Shown piece after piece: positions 61,670 through 64,000 of a stretch of DNA of 64,000 nucleotides. Each line of letters starts with the position of its first letter. Positions within the stretch are counted from its first letter, which is position 1. The DNA is from an uncultured cyanobacterium. Lineage in GTDB: Bacteria > Cyanobacteriota > Cyanobacteriia > Cyanobacteriales > Nostocaceae. The stretch covers positions 704,001-768,000 of the forward strand of contig CAVUDP010000002.1 of NCBI GenBank assembly GCA_963740315.1. Reading direction: 5' to 3'. The notes beneath the pieces were generated by a model, which saw only the letters and a program-made list of their open reading frames with translations, was not told the origin of the DNA and did no database searches. The translations under genes were made by a program, and so were the position numbers.

Positions 61670-62746
61670 ATGGTAGATTCCCTAAAAAAACCAGGCTTTG
61701 AAGAAATACGTCCGGGTATTAAAGTCCCAGCGAAGGAAACTCTGCTGACACCCCGGTTTTACACGACTGACTTTGATGAGATGGCTAAAATGGACATCTC
61801 GGTTAATGAAGACGAGTTAAGAGCCATCATCGAAGAGTTTCGTGCTGACTACAACCGCCATCATTTTGTTCGAGATGAGGAGTTCGAGCAATCCTGGGAA
61901 CACATTGATGGGGAAACTCGCCAATTGTTTGTTGAGTTCTTAGAACGTTCTTGTACCGCTGAATTTTCCGGATTTTTGCTGTATAAAGAATTAGGTCGTC
62001 GTCTCAAAGGTAAAAACCCAGTTTTAGCTGAAGGCTTTAACTTGATGTCGCGAGATGAAGCGCGTCATGCTGGTTTCTTAAATAAAGCAATGTCAGATTT
62101 TAATCTGTCGCTGGATTTGGGATTTTTAACTAAGAGTCGCAAATACACTTTCTTTAAGCCGAAATTCATCTTTTACGCTACATATCTTTCCGAAAAGATT
62201 GGTTATTGGCGCTATATAACTATTTACCGCCACTTAGAAAAGCATCCCGAAGATAGGATTTATCCGATTTTCCGATTCTTTGAAAATTGGTGTCAAGATG
62301 AAAACCGCCACGGTGACTTTTTCGATGCGGTAATGAGAGCGCAACCCCAAACCTTGAATGATTGGAAAGCGCGGTTATGGTGTCGTTTCTTCTTATTGTC
62401 GGTATTTGCCACAATGTACTTAAACGATATTCAGCGTCAAGATTTCTATGCTGCGATCGGTTTAAATGCGCGTGAATACGATAAAGAAGTGATTGAAAAA
62501 ACCAACGAAATCGCTGGGCGAGTCTTCCCGGTAATGTTGAATATCAAAACACCGGAATTTTACGAGCGTTTGGAACTTTGCATTCAGAATAACGAGAAGC
62601 TTAGAGCGATCGTAAATTCTACAACGCCTAAATTCCTCCAAATCTTCCAAAAGCTGCCTTACTATCTTTCTAACGGTTGGCATGCTGTAAAGTTGTACTT
62701 TATCAAACCGATTGATGCTGCTGCGATGGAAGGTAGCGTTAAGTAA
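61670..62746 (+). CDS. acsF: Mg-protoporphyrin IX monomethyl ester oxidative cyclase
   Basis: [43 protein letters not shown]. Confidence 0.98.
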   Translation: MVDSLKKPGFEEIRPGIKVPAKETLLTPRFYTTDFDEMAKMDISVNEDELRAIIEEFRADYNRHHFVRDEEFEQSWEHIDGETRQLFVEFLERSCTAEFSGFLLYKELGRRLKGKNPVLAEGFNLMSRDEARHAGFLNKAMSDFNLSLDLGFLTKSRKYTFFKPKFIFYATYLSEKIGYWRYITIYRHLEKHPEDRIYPIFRFFENWCQDENRHGDFFDAVMRAQPQTLNDWKARLWCRFFLLSVFATMYLNDIQRQDFYAAIGLNAREYDKEVIEKTNEIAGRVFPVMLNIKTPEFYERLELCIQNNEKLRAIVNSTTPKFLQIFQKLPYYLSNGWHAVKLYFIKPIDAAAMEGSVK

Positions 62747-62793
62747 ATTTTGGTTTTGGTTTGTTTTGGTAAAGATTTATAAATTTAGATTGT

Positions 62794-62825
62794 AAGGTGA
62801 GTAGTTAATGCTCATCTTTTTTTTT
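62794..62825 (+). terminator. acsF terminator
   Basis: aaggtgagta..tgctcatc hairpin plus long T run. Confidence 0.65.
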
Positions 62826-62907
62826 GTAGTTAGTACTTCGGCACATTAATTGAGAGCGTTGCGCTGATTACTGGTTACTAGTAACTGATAAGCTGGTTTC
62901 ATATACA

Positions 62908-63027
62908 GGACTTACTCTAGTGTCACAAAAGGGTGGTGCGTGACACTAAAAACATTATTACTACGTTCAAAATTTAATTAAATGTCACAGCACCCTACAA
63001 GGAAAATGTGCCAGTTGCGTAAGTCCT
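62908..63027. mobile_element. MITE with aggacttac/gtaagtcct terminal IRs
   Basis: Terminal IRs and a core shared with the 26194 and 35481 copies. Confidence 0.7.
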
Positions 63028-63048
63028 AATATAATTAAAATTTTTACG

Positions 63049-63492
63049 GTGTATAGTATGCTTTTACGTTTGCTGACGACTATCTTTATTTCTGCCGTTA
63101 TCGGAATATTTTCCTGGATTTATTCCCCTGCTGCTTTAGCACTAACGCCAATTCCTTTATCAAATATTTCTTACCAAGAATGTCCGCCGGAATTAGCTGA
63201 AGGGAATGTTACCAGCGGTGGTGCTAGCAGGGCTGCAAATTGTTTTATAGTCACGGGTACTGCAAAAAATATGACTAGTAAAACTGTATATGATGCAGAT
63301 ATTTTTGGGCGGATTTATGATGCTAATAATAATACGGTAATGCAAAACCGTACTCGGGTTGGTTCTATTAGCGAAGTACCGCCAGGAGAAAGTAAATTTG
63401 AAATGAGAATTACCGTTCCAGCCAATCAACCCACGCCATTAAAATTGAAGCAGTTTAAAGCGTCGGGATTTACTTCTAAGGTTCGTTACTAA
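63049..63492 (+). CDS. Conserved secreted hypothetical protein
   Basis: Signal peptide; YQECP..ANCFIVTG..DADIFGRIYDAN. Confidence 0.75.
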   Translation: MYSMLLRLLTTIFISAVIGIFSWIYSPAALALTPIPLSNISYQECPPELAEGNVTSGGASRAANCFIVTGTAKNMTSKTVYDADIFGRIYDANNNTVMQNRTRVGSISEVPPGESKFEMRITVPANQPTPLKLKQFKASGFTSKVRY

Positions 63493-63672
63493 AGCTTTAA
63501 GAATAAAGTATGAAGTATGAAAAAGAAAAATATGAATTATTTATCACTGGGTTCATTCATCAGTTATCATGCTTAACAAATATTTGTATTTCTGATAACT
63601 GATGATTAATTATCGTACTGGTGAAAAGTAATTCAGATTTCATTCAAACTTCATACTTCAATCAAGGCAAGT

Positions 63673-63960
63673 TTAAAAACTCGAAGCCATAGCCATTGCC
63701 ATTGAACCAGCTAAACTTCCAAGAAGTGCGCTTACTATGTTTAGCGCGATGAAAGCCAGAATTGGAGAAAAATCCATTCCTCCTAAAGGGGGAATTATGT
63801 TACGGAACAGATTGAGATAAGGATCGGTTATCTGGCTAAGTGCTGCAAATGGTTGGCTAGACCACTCAATTTGTGGAAACCAGGTTAATAGAACCCGACC
63901 AATCAGTAAAAAGCTGTAAATTTGGATGAATGTGAGTAGCGTGCTAATCAGTAAATACAT
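63673..63960 (-). CDS. YggT/YlmG family membrane protein
   Basis: RVLLTWFP, ITDPYLNLFRNIIPPLGGMDFSPI. Confidence 0.92.
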   Translation of the reverse strand: MYLLISTLLTFIQIYSFLLIGRVLLTWFPQIEWSSQPFAALSQITDPYLNLFRNIIPPLGGMDFSPILAFIALNIVSALLGSLAGSMAMAMASSF

Positions 63961-64000
63961 AGATATTCGTTGTTTTTGAGTGTTGGTAAAAAGCCGTCTT

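Overview
AT-rich chromosomal window from a filamentous, probably heterocyst-forming cyanobacterium (Nostocales/Rivulariaceae-like). Support: frequent HIP1 octamer GCGATCGC, heptameric STRR tracts, and sepJ-hetR synteny with a DIF1-like promoter. The right end is core genome (rpsD, hetR, sepJ, DUF2996, acsF, yggT). The rest is largely accessory: three tandem STM4015-like LRR genes plus an STM4014-like ATP-grasp gene; a stress-type cluster (Cu/Zn SOD, rhodanese, SDR, general stress protein, MgtC); a CBS gene joined to a PAS hybrid kinase across an A-AAA-AAG slippery site; ccmS; a coupled sigma-like / DUF1822 / CHAT protease-TM-PstS operon; an HTH-NB-ARC-TPR gene; a vWA/solute-binding operon; a P450; and duplicated beta-propeller-type genes. 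Intergenic DNA is full of MITE/REP-like repeats and IS200/IS605 (tnpB/omegaRNA) end remnants. No rRNA, tRNA or CRISPR array was seen. All family calls come from motif recognition by eye, without database searches. Best candidates for undescribed systems: the sigma-DUF1822-CHAT signalling module, the putative -1 frameshift CBS-kinase fusion, a stand-alone PriL-CTD/PriX-like protein, and an orphan omegaRNA in the acsF leader.
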